Shown here: positions 25,789 through 35,985 of the stretch, piece after piece
Layout of the letters: each line of letters begins with the position of its first letter
Numbering within the stretch: position 1 is the first letter of the stretch
DNA from: a virus
Lineage: Duplodnaviria; Caudoviricetes
Reading direction: 5' to 3' (one strand)
Length of the DNA stretch: 56,018 bases
Virus record (IMG/VR): IMGVR_UViG_3300043409_000151
Coordinates: 1-56,018 of that record
Notes under the pieces: model-generated
The model's input: the letters and a program-made list of their open reading frames with translations, nothing else
Told to the model about the DNA's origin: nothing
Databases searched by the model: none
Made by a program: the position numbers and the translations under genes

Positions 25789-27657
25789 ATGAACATTGGA
25801 CAACTTCTTGGCGGCGCAGGGGTGGTCGGGCGCAGTATGCGGACGGCTGAAGAAGCTGAACGTGTCGCCCAACAAAACCAGCTAAAGATTGAGGAGCAGA
25901 ACCGGCTTGACCAACTGCGCCAAGAGATGCTGCGTGCGCCTGCTCCCACCACGCAGGTGCCCCAGTTCACACCCGGTGGTCAGCTTCCGGTGATCGCTGG
26001 CCCAGCGCCCGTTGCACCTGCTGCACCTGCTGCACCTGCCGCGCCGGTTGCGCCTGCGGCTCCTGCACCTACTTCAGGTGGGGTTCGGCGTATGACTCCG
26101 GCAGAGGTTGCTCGGCTAAAACAAGACCCCTACGCAACGGGTCAGGTAGCACTCACCCCGGATCAAATCCGCCAAGGGTATAACCGTACCGCGCTGGCGA
26201 AAGCGCCTGCCGCCCTTGCTGACATTGCGCAACTCCCAGCCGCCGTGGGCTTAAACGTACTTGGTGCGGGTGCTCGCGGTATCAACTACCTGTTCGGTAC
26301 CGAGCTTCCGGAAAAATCGTTTTCGTTGACGCCGTTCTATGACCGGTACGTGCGCCAACCTGAACAGGAACTGGCGACTGGTGTTCGCAAGTTGCCACCC
26401 AAACCCACTGAGCCAACTGCACCATCCAAGCCGACCAAAGCTGCGCAATCCTACGACAACAAGGTCACGCCCTACGACGCCATCATCCAGCAGAGCGCGG
26501 TTCAGTACGGCATTGACCCCGTGGTCTTCAAGCGGCTCATCGGCACCGAGTCGTCGTTCAGCCCCACCGCTGTCTCGCCTCGCGGGGAAAAGTTTGGTCT
26601 GGGCATTGCGCAGATCGCCGCCGTCCACGGGCTGACCCGTGAGCAGATGCTCGACCCCAACACGGCCATCCCGTTTGCTGCGCAACTGTTCTCGCAGATG
26701 GTTCAGCAGTCTGGTGGTAACGTCGAAGAAGCCTTGATGCGCTACAAGGGCGCAACCTCGGCAGGGGGCCGGGCAGCTATGTCCAAACCCATCGGGGACA
26801 TCCTATCCGGGTTAACCCTTACTGCGACTCCGGCTGCTGCTGCTGCCCCCGGCGCTGCCCCTGCCCCTGCCGCCGCTGCTGCTCCTGCCGCTGCGGCACC
26901 TGTGCCTGTGCGCTCCGAGGCAGACTTCTACCTCGCCAATCCGCAGTCCATCCCGATGGACATGCAGCGGGCCATGCAGCAGCGTGGGGAAGTGGAACGT
27001 CTGGCTGGTATGTTCCAACGTGCTGGTATGGGTGCGCAGTTCATGGAGGCGCGTGCCAAGGTGCTGGAACTCGACAATGGTATGACCTACCTCCAAGGGA
27101 TGCAGGGTCTGCAAGAGTTCACGCTTGCCAACGATCCGCGCCGTCTCGCCGCTGTGTGGTCGCAGTACGCCGGGGTGCCCATTGGCATCCAGCCGCGCAC
27201 GGATGGCAAGTTCGACATCATCGTCAACGGTCGCAAGACCAAGGAAGGCCAGTCGGCATCGGAGATCGCTGACGCAGCCCGCTTGGGGTTTGATCAGACT
27301 TATCGCCAGCAAAAGTCCGCAGCTTCGGCTAAGGTCAACGAGGAAACCTTCAAGACCCAGTTGGAAATCCAGAAGGAAAACGGCAAGCAGTTGGCACAGA
27401 TGATCCGAGAGGTGGCCGTTCAGCGTGTGCAAGGCAACACACAACTTGCTGTGGAACAACTCAAGCAGTTCCGCTACGACGTGAAGCCCACCGGGGCAGG
27501 CGACGGTACTGTCGTCATCACGCCTCCGGGGTCTGGTACGCCGTACCTTTTTAACCCGTCCGGTCGCACAATCGAGGTTGATGGCGTTAAGATTACATCG
27601 AACTCCGCATATCCCATTGCAGGACTGCCGACTTATGGCGGCGTACAGACGAGGTAA
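25789..27657 (+). CDS. Ejection protein with a lytic transglycosylase (SLT) domain
   Basis: YGIDP....LIGTESSFSPTAVS...GLGIAQI...LDPNTAI...ALMRY; Ala/Pro linkers. Confidence 0.8.
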   Translation: MNIGQLLGGAGVVGRSMRTAEEAERVAQQNQLKIEEQNRLDQLRQEMLRAPAPTTQVPQFTPGGQLPVIAGPAPVAPAAPAAPAAPVAPAAPAPTSGGVRRMTPAEVARLKQDPYATGQVALTPDQIRQGYNRTALAKAPAALADIAQLPAAVGLNVLGAGARGINYLFGTELPEKSFSLTPFYDRYVRQPEQELATGVRKLPPKPTEPTAPSKPTKAAQSYDNKVTPYDAIIQQSAVQYGIDPVVFKRLIGTESSFSPTAVSPRGEKFGLGIAQIAAVHGLTREQMLDPNTAIPFAAQLFSQMVQQSGGNVEEALMRYKGATSAGGRAAMSKPIGDILSGLTLTATPAAAAAPGAAPAPAAAAAPAAAAPVPVRSEADFYLANPQSIPMDMQRAMQQRGEVERLAGMFQRAGMGAQFMEARAKVLELDNGMTYLQGMQGLQEFTLANDPRRLAAVWSQYAGVPIGIQPRTDGKFDIIVNGRKTKEGQSASEIADAARLGFDQTYRQQKSAASAKVNEETFKTQLEIQKENGKQLAQMIREVAVQRVQGNTQLAVEQLKQFRYDVKPTGAGDGTVVITPPGSGTPYLFNPSGRTIEVDGVKITSNSAYPIAGLPTYGGVQTR

Positions 27658-27660
27658 TTT

Positions 27661-30600
27661 ATGGCAACAGCAGGACTCTCCTTCGCAAACCCGCTCCTGA
27701 GCAAAGTGAACGTGGGGGAGGAGCCAAACCCATACGCGCCGTTCAGCCCCACCTCCAGCATTGGCGGTGGCGGGCTTGGCCCGTCGGCTGCTGACATGGC
27801 TGTCATGGGGGAAACGCTCACCAAGCAAGGCCAGTTCACCATGCCGCAGATGCAAAAGCCTGCGGCCATTGCGTTCAGCCCCTCGCGCAAAGAGTTGTTC
27901 GTCAACGGCTTGACGTTCGCCGCCGACGACGCAGCCACAGCGTTGCAGTCTGAGTCCTACCTGCGCGGCCCCGGCACGGGTCTGCCCACCAGTGGCGACT
28001 GGATGCCGCTCGACGAGCAAGCCTACGGCCAGTACCTCCAGTCCATCCGGGAACCTAGCCTTGGCCGACTGGCGTCCAAATCCTTCGGGCGTGGCGTTGA
28101 CCAGTTGCAGATGCTGGCTGGGCGTGGCCTCCAACTGGCTGGCGCTGAGGAACTGGGTGGCCGCATTGTTGAGCAGCAAGGTGCAGACCTTGCCAAGACC
28201 TCGCCCTATGAGCGCCAGTTCACCGACATCGAGTCGGGCCGGGGTGCCGTCGAGTGGTTCGTAGCCAACTTCGCCCAGCAGGGGCCGAACATGATCGAGT
28301 CCATCGCCACGGCGGGACTGGGTTTCCTCGCGGGTACCGCTGCTGGTGGCCCGTTGGCTGGCGCTGGTGGTGCGATAGCTGGCCTCATGGGCAAAGCCGC
28401 ATTCAAGGAAGCCGTCATCGCTGCGGCCAAGAAGAAAGCCGCAGGCGAAGTAATCAACGCTGCTGAGAACAAGTTGCTGCGTGAAGCTGCCGGTCTGGCC
28501 GGTGCAGTTGCTGCGACCTACGGCCAGAATCTTGCCACGGGTGCGGCTGACATCTACGGCGAACTGCGCGAGCAGGGAGCCAATGCAGAAGACGTGGATG
28601 CCCGCATGAAGGCGCTGGCCGGGTCGATCCCCTACGCCGCGCTGGACACACTGCCTGAGTTCTTGCTGGCCTCCCGCCTGTTCGGCGGTGGCTTAGGCCG
28701 CGCTGCGTTGCCTGCCGGGGCTACTCGCACCCAGCAAGCTGGTGAACTGCTCAAGCGTGGCGCGATAGGTTTCGGTGTGGGCGGTACGCTCGAAGGCTCC
28801 ACAGAGTCTGGACAGGAAGCTCTGCTGCTGGGTATCTCCGGCCAAGACCTCTCCTCGCCCGAGGGTGTCAACCGCCTGATCAACTCGTTCGCCGCTGGCT
28901 TTGGTATCGGTGGCCCACTGGGTGGTGTTGCCAACCTGCGCAGCCGCCAACCTGAGAACCTGCTGAACCCGGCCCAACCCGCCGCAATCACTCCGGGGCG
29001 CGATCTTGTGCCCGTGGAAGGCACCGGTTTCACTGGATTCCCCCGTGGCGGCTACACGCCTGCCCCTCCCGGCACAGCGGTGGCTCCATACTTCACGCCT
29101 GTTACCCCAACGGGTGCAACCCCCGGCGCTCCGCTCCAACTGGGTGGCCCTGCCGCGCCCACTGCGCTGGGACTCCCCGCGCCTACCCAGCCGCTCACTC
29201 CAGTGGGTGGCCCAGTCATCATGGCTGGCATGGGGCCGGGTGCTGCGGATGTCACCCGCCAAGATGTTCTGCTGCGTCAGCAGGGCAACGTGCCGCCCGG
29301 TGTGGCCCCCGGCTCCCAAGGTGTGCTCGACATCTTTGGTGGCACGATCCCCGCTCAAGAACTGGCTGCACGGATGCAGCCGCAACCGCCCCTGCCCGGA
29401 CTGCCTGCGCCAGCGCCAGTCGTGACACCCGATCCCCGCCAAGGTGCGCTCCAGTTCGCTGGCCCAGCGCCCGTCGCACCTGTCAACACGCAGATGGGCA
29501 ACCAGTTGCAGGTCATCCAAGACCGCCTGCGTCGCCAGCAAGAGTTCGAGGCCGCGCAGGCCCAGCAAGCTGCGCTCATCCAGCAACAGACTGAGGCACT
29601 TGCGCAGCAGAGCGCGAACGCCCGTGACCTATATGACATGCAGCAGGCACAGCAAGCTGCTGCCGGACAGCAACCCATGCCCATGCGCCAAGCTGGCCCG
29701 ACCCAGCCTGTGCAGTTACCCCTGTTCGGTGGTGGCCTGCCGCGCCCAACTCGCGGTGAGCGCCTGCGTGCCGCTCAACCGCTGCCAACTACCACTGCGC
29801 TGCCTGAAGGCACGCTGTTGACACAGCCCGCGCAGCAAGAAGTGGCCGGGGAGACTCGCGCCGATCTGGAGCAAGAGCGCGATCAGCTTCAACGGATTGT
29901 GGCGGCGTACCAATCCAAGGGTACCAATCGCATCACTGCGCCCATCCGGGACAACGCGATCAAACGCTTGCGTGAGATCGAGAAAACGCTGGCAGCAATG
30001 CCCGCCGAAGACCGTGGTCTGCGCCAAGCCTCGACCCAGTTGCCCATGTTCACCCAAGAAGGTGAGCCGACACTGCCTGCGCTCCGTGCTGCTGGTGTCA
30101 AAACCAAGGTAGCCCCCACTCCGCCCAAGCCCCGCGCTACACAAACGCCCGGTGCCCGTGGCCTGCGCAGGGGTGCCAAGGTTGCAGAAGTCACTGTCAA
30201 GGAGACACCAAGTGCCGTTCCAAAGCCAAGCGCAAAGAAAGTACCTGCACGCCAACAACCCGAAGCTGGCAAAGGAGTGGGAGCAGAAGTACCCGCCAAA
30301 GGGAAAGCTGCCCCCAAAGGTGAAGCCCTCAAAGCCAAAACCGAAAAGCCAGCCGCCAAGAAGTCGCTGAAGAAGGAGGCACCCCAGCCCCCAAAAGCCG
30401 TGGCGGCACCAGCCGCCGCCCCCGCCGTAACAGAGACTCCGGCTGAAACATGGGACGCGATGGACACTGGCGTCGAGTGGACTGCACTCTCGCCCGAACA
30501 ACAGACTCGTTGGACTGACAGCGACCGTACCCAGAACACTGCGGACACCATCGCTGAGGATGTGCGCAATCCGCAAACACCTGAAGCGTTGTGGGAGGAC

Positions 30601-33600
30601 ATGAAGCCCGAGGGTGCGCCTGAGTATGGCGAACTGGACGCATCTGAGCGCACTCAGTGGCGCAAAGATGTTGCCGATGGCAAAGCCACAATCGAACGCG
30701 CTGCGGAACTGGCAGGTGCGAAAGAAACCCCACTGCAACTGGTCAACAGCGAGTTCGCTGCCGCCGAGGGGGCCACTGACATCCGTGACTTTGCTGATGC
30801 GATCAGCACCGTGGTGGAGTTTGCTTACACTGCCGGTGAGGATACCAATATTCTCGCTGCGGTTCTGCGTGCCCGTGAACTGATGGCAACCACCAGCTTT
30901 ACCGACGCCCAGCAAAATGCCATCGACACCGTGTTGATCGAACTGGTCAACACCAAGAAAGAAATCGAGGCGGTCTACAAGAGCGATGCGGCCAAGAGCG
31001 GTGCAGTCAAGGGCGACTCCAAGCCGTGGTTTGATTACGCTGTCCAGCGTGGGTTGCTGCCCCAAATCACCACCGTGGTCAAAGGTCTGTCGGTCGATGC
31101 CGCCACCAAGATGCTGGACTCCGGCCAACTGCGCGTCGCCAACCTGCCTGCCGATACGGTCAAGAAGTACAAGGCCAGTGTTGGCCCGGTCAGCGGCGTT
31201 ATCGGCAAGGCTGGTGCCAACCTGAAGAACGACACCCGCTCCAACGCCGCCACGGCGCTGTCGGACGAGATCAAGAAGATCAACACGTATACGGGTGTCC
31301 CCTACAACCCAACTACGCGCAAGAACGCCACCAAGAAGTTGCGTGATCTGTGGGCTGCTGCCCGCGCCGCAGGTATGGAGTTGTTTGTCGATCAGAACGG
31401 CAACATGCTGGCTGACTACTTCGATGAGGACGGCACTCCTTTCACTGGCACCATCAAGGGGCAGTTCCGTGTCGCCACTGAGGAGGTGACTGAGGACGTT
31501 CGCTCTAAGCGTGAACAGATCATTGACGAGGACAATATCGCGGCAGACGACGACTATGAAGCGCCGTTCTCGATGGACGACTGGAATGCCGGTGGCCCCG
31601 CCGACGATTGGAATGGCCGATACTTCCGCGACGACGGCACGCCAATCAACAACCCAATCCCGCTGGGACGTGTGAAGATGTTGGTCAGTGCGTTCCTGTC
31701 CAAGCTAGGCATCAAGCCGAAGGTGCAGGTCTACCGCAACCAAGCGGACTTCAAAGCCAAGAACCCCAAGCTGTACGCGCAGGCTGCGGCCTCGCGCCCG
31801 CAGGGTGACTTCGACACGGCCAGTGCCGTGGGCTTCTCGTTCGGTGACGGCAACGTCATCATCTTCGCTGACCGGGTTGCCACTGAGCAGCAACTGAAGT
31901 TTGTGCTGGCCCACGAAACGCTGGGCCACTTTGGTTTCCGTGGTCTGTTGACCGAGAAGGAACTGAACGCCGCCCTCGACGGGGTGTACAACTCCAGCCC
32001 CAAGGTCAAGGCGGCAGTGGACACTGCCATGAAGGCCCGCAAGATGTCGCGCCAAGAAGCCACTGAGGAATACCTCGCTGACTTCGCCGGGATGTTGGAC
32101 ACCAACATCATCGCCCGGTTCTGGAACGCCGTGAAGAACGCGCTGAACAAACTAGGTATGACGTTCGAGGACGACATGGCCCGCTATCTGGTCAGCCAGT
32201 CCCGCCGCTACGTGCGCAACGGCACCACCAGCGGCACCTTCATGGACTTCAAGGCGATGGCCCAGCGCATGAGCGCGATTGAGGGCATGGACGATCCCGA
32301 TGGCTCCGGTCGCTTCGCACTGGCCGGTGAGTACTACGACGAGATCAACCGGGTGGCGGCGTCCAACGCCTCCGGCCAGCGCAGCTTCAAGCTGTTCGAC
32401 ATCACCAGCCTGTTCCAAGACATGAAGGATCGTGGCATCAACATCGGCGACTACACCAACCGCTTGATCGGCGAACTGAAGTCGATGAACTATGCCTCGC
32501 GTGAGAACCAAGGCTACCGCCGCTTGTACGACATCTTCCGCGACACCAGCAAGACCGCAGCGCAACTGCGTGCGCAGTACAACAAGATGATGGATACCGT
32601 GCTGTCCCCCGCCGTAGAGGTGCTGGGTCGCGGGTTCACACAGGGCGCATCCGAGGCGCAGATCGCCAGCACATCGGCCATGCTCAACGTCACCAGCCGT
32701 GTAAAGCTGGGCGACCTGACTGAAGCTGAACTGCGCAAGATGGGTAGCCTGATCACCATCGAAGGTGGTGAAGTCCGCCTGAACCAAGAGGTCTACGACA
32801 TCCTCGCAGCCCGTGGCAAGTTTACGCTGGAGGATTTCAAGAAGGGCATCAAGTACACCATCGGTGTGCCCCGCCCCATGACCGAGGAACAACGTGCCGT
32901 CCTGCGGGCCGAGCGTGACGCTGAGTTGCGCAACGCCGCCTCCGACAAGGAGCGCAAGGCCATCGAGCGCGAGTACCAAAAGCGCATCGACGCTCCCAGC
33001 ACACTCGTCGAAGTGGAGCAGTCGTACCCGGCCATGCCTGATCTGACCGACCAGAGTCCGGAGTGGATCATGTACAACGAGGTGCGTGACACGATGAACA
33101 AGTCGGCCATCGACATGCTGCTGGCGAACTTCGCTGCGGCCAAGGGTGAGCGTGACAACGTGGAGCGTGTTGTGCAGCGGTTCCTCGACCGCGCCCTGAC
33201 CGAGAACGACAAGTCGTTCATCAAGAGGATCGAGGACAAGTACCTGTCCCTGCGGGCCGAAGGCTCCACCATCGACGCCAGTGGTGTCATGCTGACCAAG
33301 CGTGAGTCCGTGGCCGCTGCCAACGACTTCATCAAAAAGTTCAACGCCGCTGTGCTGGGCCGGGACACCGACCGCAATGCAGACGTGCAAGCGTTCTTCG
33401 ACAGCAAGCAGATGGATGACGTGGCCGCTGGCATCGAGGCGCTGAAGAAGGACTCGAACATCCCCCGCTCCGGCCCCGACCGCTTCGTCATGCAGCAGGC
33501 CATCCAGAATCTGGCCCTGTTCGAGTTGAGCAAGACCGACGCTGAACTGCTTGCCAAGCGATCCATCGCTGGTGGCTACGTGCCGTTTGGTCGTGAGGGT

Positions 33601-35985
33601 TCGTGGCAGGTTCGCATCCAAGCCGTTGACCCCAGCACTGGGCGCATCTTCAAGGTGTCGGATACCTACCGCCAGCAACTGCTGTTTGCACAAGTGGAGA
33701 ACCGCGCCGAGGCCGAGGCGATGGCCGAGCGTGTCCAAGGCATGTTCGACGACGTAAAGGATGGCTTCGAGATGGAGGTGCTGGACGGCACCGAGTTCGT
33801 GATCAAGAAAGTCAAACTTGTTGCACAGTCTGAGACGGCCCGTGAAACAGTCTCGACCACGGCGGAGGCCAACCTCAACGAGATCATCTCCGCGATCACC
33901 CGCTTCTCCATCAGCATCACACCAGAGGAGCGTGAGCGCCTGATCGTTGGTCTGACCCAGCAAAACGCCAAGGCCCGTACCCGCCTGAAGCGAGCAGGCA
34001 CACCGGGTGAAGACCCCAACACGATCAAGTACGTGTCGCAACATCTTGAGTCAACCGCATCGACTGTGGCTCGCAAGCAGAACCGTCACCGCCTTGACCG
34101 CCTGTTCGACGACAGCGACCCAGACTCCATCCGCCAGTGGTTCGGGGACAAGACCGAGTACGACAAGCGAAAGGCTGCATGGGAAGCCGCCGAGAAAGAC
34201 CCGGCCATGTCCGAGGCCAAGAAGCTCGCGGCCAAGCGGGAGTTCGACGACTACCACTACACGTTCGTGACCAAGGAATCGCCCGTCATGGGCAACCGCT
34301 TCAAGGATCGTGGCCGTCGGGCCGTGGCCTTCATGGAATCGCAAAGCAACGTGGACTACACGGACTTCGCATCCGGGGAAGCAGCATCTGCAATCCGCAC
34401 GGCAACAACTTTTGCGTTCATGGGCGCATCGTTTGCCACGGCCATCCTGAACTACCTCGCGCTGGCAACCAACGTGTTGCCGTCGTTCTCTGGGTACAAC
34501 CAGAAGAACGCCTTCGGTGGCGGCTTTGGCTGGGGTATGTCAGCGGTGGAGATCAGTCGCGCTACCAACGCCACGAAGGGCTTCGGCCAAAGCGAGATCA
34601 AGTTCTGGGACGACCTGCTGGCTGATCCGGCCAAGCTCAAAGCATCGGGATTCACCGAGGCAGAGGCCCGCTTCATGCTGAAGGAAGTCGGTGGCGGCAC
34701 CATGCAGGCCGCACTGACCAACTCGTTGCTGGGTTCTGCGCGGGGCAAGTTCCGCTCTGGTGCCACGAAGGCTGCGGCAGAAACATGGATGTCGCTGTTC
34801 AACTACACCGAGCAGCACAGCCGCCGTGCAACAGGTTTGGCTGCGTTCCGCATGGCCTACGCACGCGCACTGGTCGAAGGCAAGGACGCTGCAACAGCTT
34901 TTGAGTTGGCTGACAAGTTCGCCGTGGACATGATCGACAACACGCTGGGCGAGTACGCCATGTACAACCGGCCCGCCATGTTCCGTGGCGACGTGCGCCA
35001 GTTCCTGTTCATGTTCAAGATGTTCCCAGTCAACAGTGTCCAGATGCTGGCCGCGCTGCCGCGCAGAGAACAACTACTGGCGCTGGGCATCCTCGCCATG
35101 TTCGCTGGTCTGAAGGGACTGCCCTTCGCAGAAGACTTGATGGACTTGATCGACACCATCGCGCAGGCACTTGGGCTTGGCCCGAACAAGGTCTGGAAGG
35201 GCAGCGCCGAGAAGACGCTGGCCGAAGCACTAGACGCCATCGCACCCGGTATGTCGCCGCTCCTCATGCGCGGCGTAATCAACACATTCACACCTGCCAA
35301 CGTGGCCGACCGTGTGTCGCTGTCCAACATCATCCCCGGTACTGGCATCGCGCTGGCAGGGGCCGACGTGGGGCGTGAACTGATCGAGATCGCAGGGCCA
35401 GTGGCATCCTTCCTGCAAGGTGCTGTGGCAATGTCGGCAGACGTGGCCCGCTACGGACTGGAGACTGTCGGGGTTCTGGACGACAAGACTTCGCTCACCA
35501 AGATCGCCCGCGAGTCGCCAGTTGCCATGCTCCGCGCACTGGGTGATATGGCGGCATACAACAACGCAGGGGCCATCGTCAGCCAGAAGGGCTTCGTGGT
35601 CAGCAACGATCTGCATCTGGGCACCATGCTCACCCGCGCACTGGGCTTCTACCCTGCATCGGCAGTGGCCGAGAACGATGTGGTGCGTTTAGCCAAGCGG
35701 GTCGGCGATTACCAGAAGGATGTTGCTGCAACGTATCGTGGGTTGTACGTCAGCGCCAAGATTGCCAAGGACGAGGGACGTGCCCGCGAAGTGGTGGAGA
35801 TGGTCAAGGACTGGAACGAAGCGGCTGAAGGCACTGGCCTTGAGATTCGCAACTTCAATCAGTCGGCCAACCGCGCACTGCGCGAAGCACAGCGCACTGC
35901 CACGGAACGATTCCTTCGGACTCAGCCGAAGGCGATGCGTCCCGAGACTGAGCGTATCCTCGAACTGTACGGCGTTACGGAGTGA
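27661..35985 (+). CDS. Giant (2774 aa) polyvalent internal virion/ejection protein
   Basis: Hydrophobic N-terminal helices, Pro/Gln linker, zincin AHETLGH...ATEEYLA, PLxRFG-like YVPFGREG, helical C-terminal region. Confidence 0.8.
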   Translation: MATAGLSFANPLLSKVNVGEEPNPYAPFSPTSSIGGGGLGPSAADMAVMGETLTKQGQFTMPQMQKPAAIAFSPSRKELFVNGLTFAADDAATALQSESYLRGPGTGLPTSGDWMPLDEQAYGQYLQSIREPSLGRLASKSFGRGVDQLQMLAGRGLQLAGAEELGGRIVEQQGADLAKTSPYERQFTDIESGRGAVEWFVANFAQQGPNMIESIATAGLGFLAGTAAGGPLAGAGGAIAGLMGKAAFKEAVIAAAKKKAAGEVINAAENKLLREAAGLAGAVAATYGQNLATGAADIYGELREQGANAEDVDARMKALAGSIPYAALDTLPEFLLASRLFGGGLGRAALPAGATRTQQAGELLKRGAIGFGVGGTLEGSTESGQEALLLGISGQDLSSPEGVNRLINSFAAGFGIGGPLGGVANLRSRQPENLLNPAQPAAITPGRDLVPVEGTGFTGFPRGGYTPAPPGTAVAPYFTPVTPTGATPGAPLQLGGPAAPTALGLPAPTQPLTPVGGPVIMAGMGPGAADVTRQDVLLRQQGNVPPGVAPGSQGVLDIFGGTIPAQELAARMQPQPPLPGLPAPAPVVTPDPRQGALQFAGPAPVAPVNTQMGNQLQVIQDRLRRQQEFEAAQAQQAALIQQQTEALAQQSANARDLYDMQQAQQAAAGQQPMPMRQAGPTQPVQLPLFGGGLPRPTRGERLRAAQPLPTTTALPEGTLLTQPAQQEVAGETRADLEQERDQLQRIVAAYQSKGTNRITAPIRDNAIKRLREIEKTLAAMPAEDRGLRQASTQLPMFTQEGEPTLPALRAAGVKTKVAPTPPKPRATQTPGARGLRRGAKVAEVTVKETPSAVPKPSAKKVPARQQPEAGKGVGAEVPAKGKAAPKGEALKAKTEKPAAKKSLKKEAPQPPKAVAAPAAAPAVTETPAETWDAMDTGVEWTALSPEQQTRWTDSDRTQNTADTIAEDVRNPQTPEALWEDMKPEGAPEYGELDASERTQWRKDVADGKATIERAAELAGAKETPLQLVNSEFAAAEGATDIRDFADAISTVVEFAYTAGEDTNILAAVLRARELMATTSFTDAQQNAIDTVLIELVNTKKEIEAVYKSDAAKSGAVKGDSKPWFDYAVQRGLLPQITTVVKGLSVDAATKMLDSGQLRVANLPADTVKKYKASVGPVSGVIGKAGANLKNDTRSNAATALSDEIKKINTYTGVPYNPTTRKNATKKLRDLWAAARAAGMELFVDQNGNMLADYFDEDGTPFTGTIKGQFRVATEEVTEDVRSKREQIIDEDNIAADDDYEAPFSMDDWNAGGPADDWNGRYFRDDGTPINNPIPLGRVKMLVSAFLSKLGIKPKVQVYRNQADFKAKNPKLYAQAAASRPQGDFDTASAVGFSFGDGNVIIFADRVATEQQLKFVLAHETLGHFGFRGLLTEKELNAALDGVYNSSPKVKAAVDTAMKARKMSRQEATEEYLADFAGMLDTNIIARFWNAVKNALNKLGMTFEDDMARYLVSQSRRYVRNGTTSGTFMDFKAMAQRMSAIEGMDDPDGSGRFALAGEYYDEINRVAASNASGQRSFKLFDITSLFQDMKDRGINIGDYTNRLIGELKSMNYASRENQGYRRLYDIFRDTSKTAAQLRAQYNKMMDTVLSPAVEVLGRGFTQGASEAQIASTSAMLNVTSRVKLGDLTEAELRKMGSLITIEGGEVRLNQEVYDILAARGKFTLEDFKKGIKYTIGVPRPMTEEQRAVLRAERDAELRNAASDKERKAIEREYQKRIDAPSTLVEVEQSYPAMPDLTDQSPEWIMYNEVRDTMNKSAIDMLLANFAAAKGERDNVERVVQRFLDRALTENDKSFIKRIEDKYLSLRAEGSTIDASGVMLTKRESVAAANDFIKKFNAAVLGRDTDRNADVQAFFDSKQMDDVAAGIEALKKDSNIPRSGPDRFVMQQAIQNLALFELSKTDAELLAKRSIAGGYVPFGREGSWQVRIQAVDPSTGRIFKVSDTYRQQLLFAQVENRAEAEAMAERVQGMFDDVKDGFEMEVLDGTEFVIKKVKLVAQSETARETVSTTAEANLNEIISAITRFSISITPEERERLIVGLTQQNAKARTRLKRAGTPGEDPNTIKYVSQHLESTASTVARKQNRHRLDRLFDDSDPDSIRQWFGDKTEYDKRKAAWEAAEKDPAMSEAKKLAAKREFDDYHYTFVTKESPVMGNRFKDRGRRAVAFMESQSNVDYTDFASGEAASAIRTATTFAFMGASFATAILNYLALATNVLPSFSGYNQKNAFGGGFGWGMSAVEISRATNATKGFGQSEIKFWDDLLADPAKLKASGFTEAEARFMLKEVGGGTMQAALTNSLLGSARGKFRSGATKAAAETWMSLFNYTEQHSRRATGLAAFRMAYARALVEGKDAATAFELADKFAVDMIDNTLGEYAMYNRPAMFRGDVRQFLFMFKMFPVNSVQMLAALPRREQLLALGILAMFAGLKGLPFAEDLMDLIDTIAQALGLGPNKVWKGSAEKTLAEALDAIAPGMSPLLMRGVINTFTPANVADRVSLSNIIPGTGIALAGADVGRELIEIAGPVASFLQGAVAMSADVARYGLETVGVLDDKTSLTKIARESPVAMLRALGDMAAYNNAGAIVSQKGFVVSNDLHLGTMLTRALGFYPASAVAENDVVRLAKRVGDYQKDVAATYRGLYVSAKIAKDEGRAREVVEMVKDWNEAAEGTGLEIRNFNQSANRALREAQRTATERFLRTQPKAMRPETERILELYGVTE

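Noticed and set aside
26000-26070. GCACCTGCT-type tandem repeats (also 25115-25160, 26830-26900, 39220-39350)
   Set aside because: They encode Ala/Pro linkers inside proteins
32152-34044. 630-aa antisense ORF (also 29716-31128 and 26812-28179)
   Set aside because: Stop-poor reverse frames of the ejection genes with typical shadow composition
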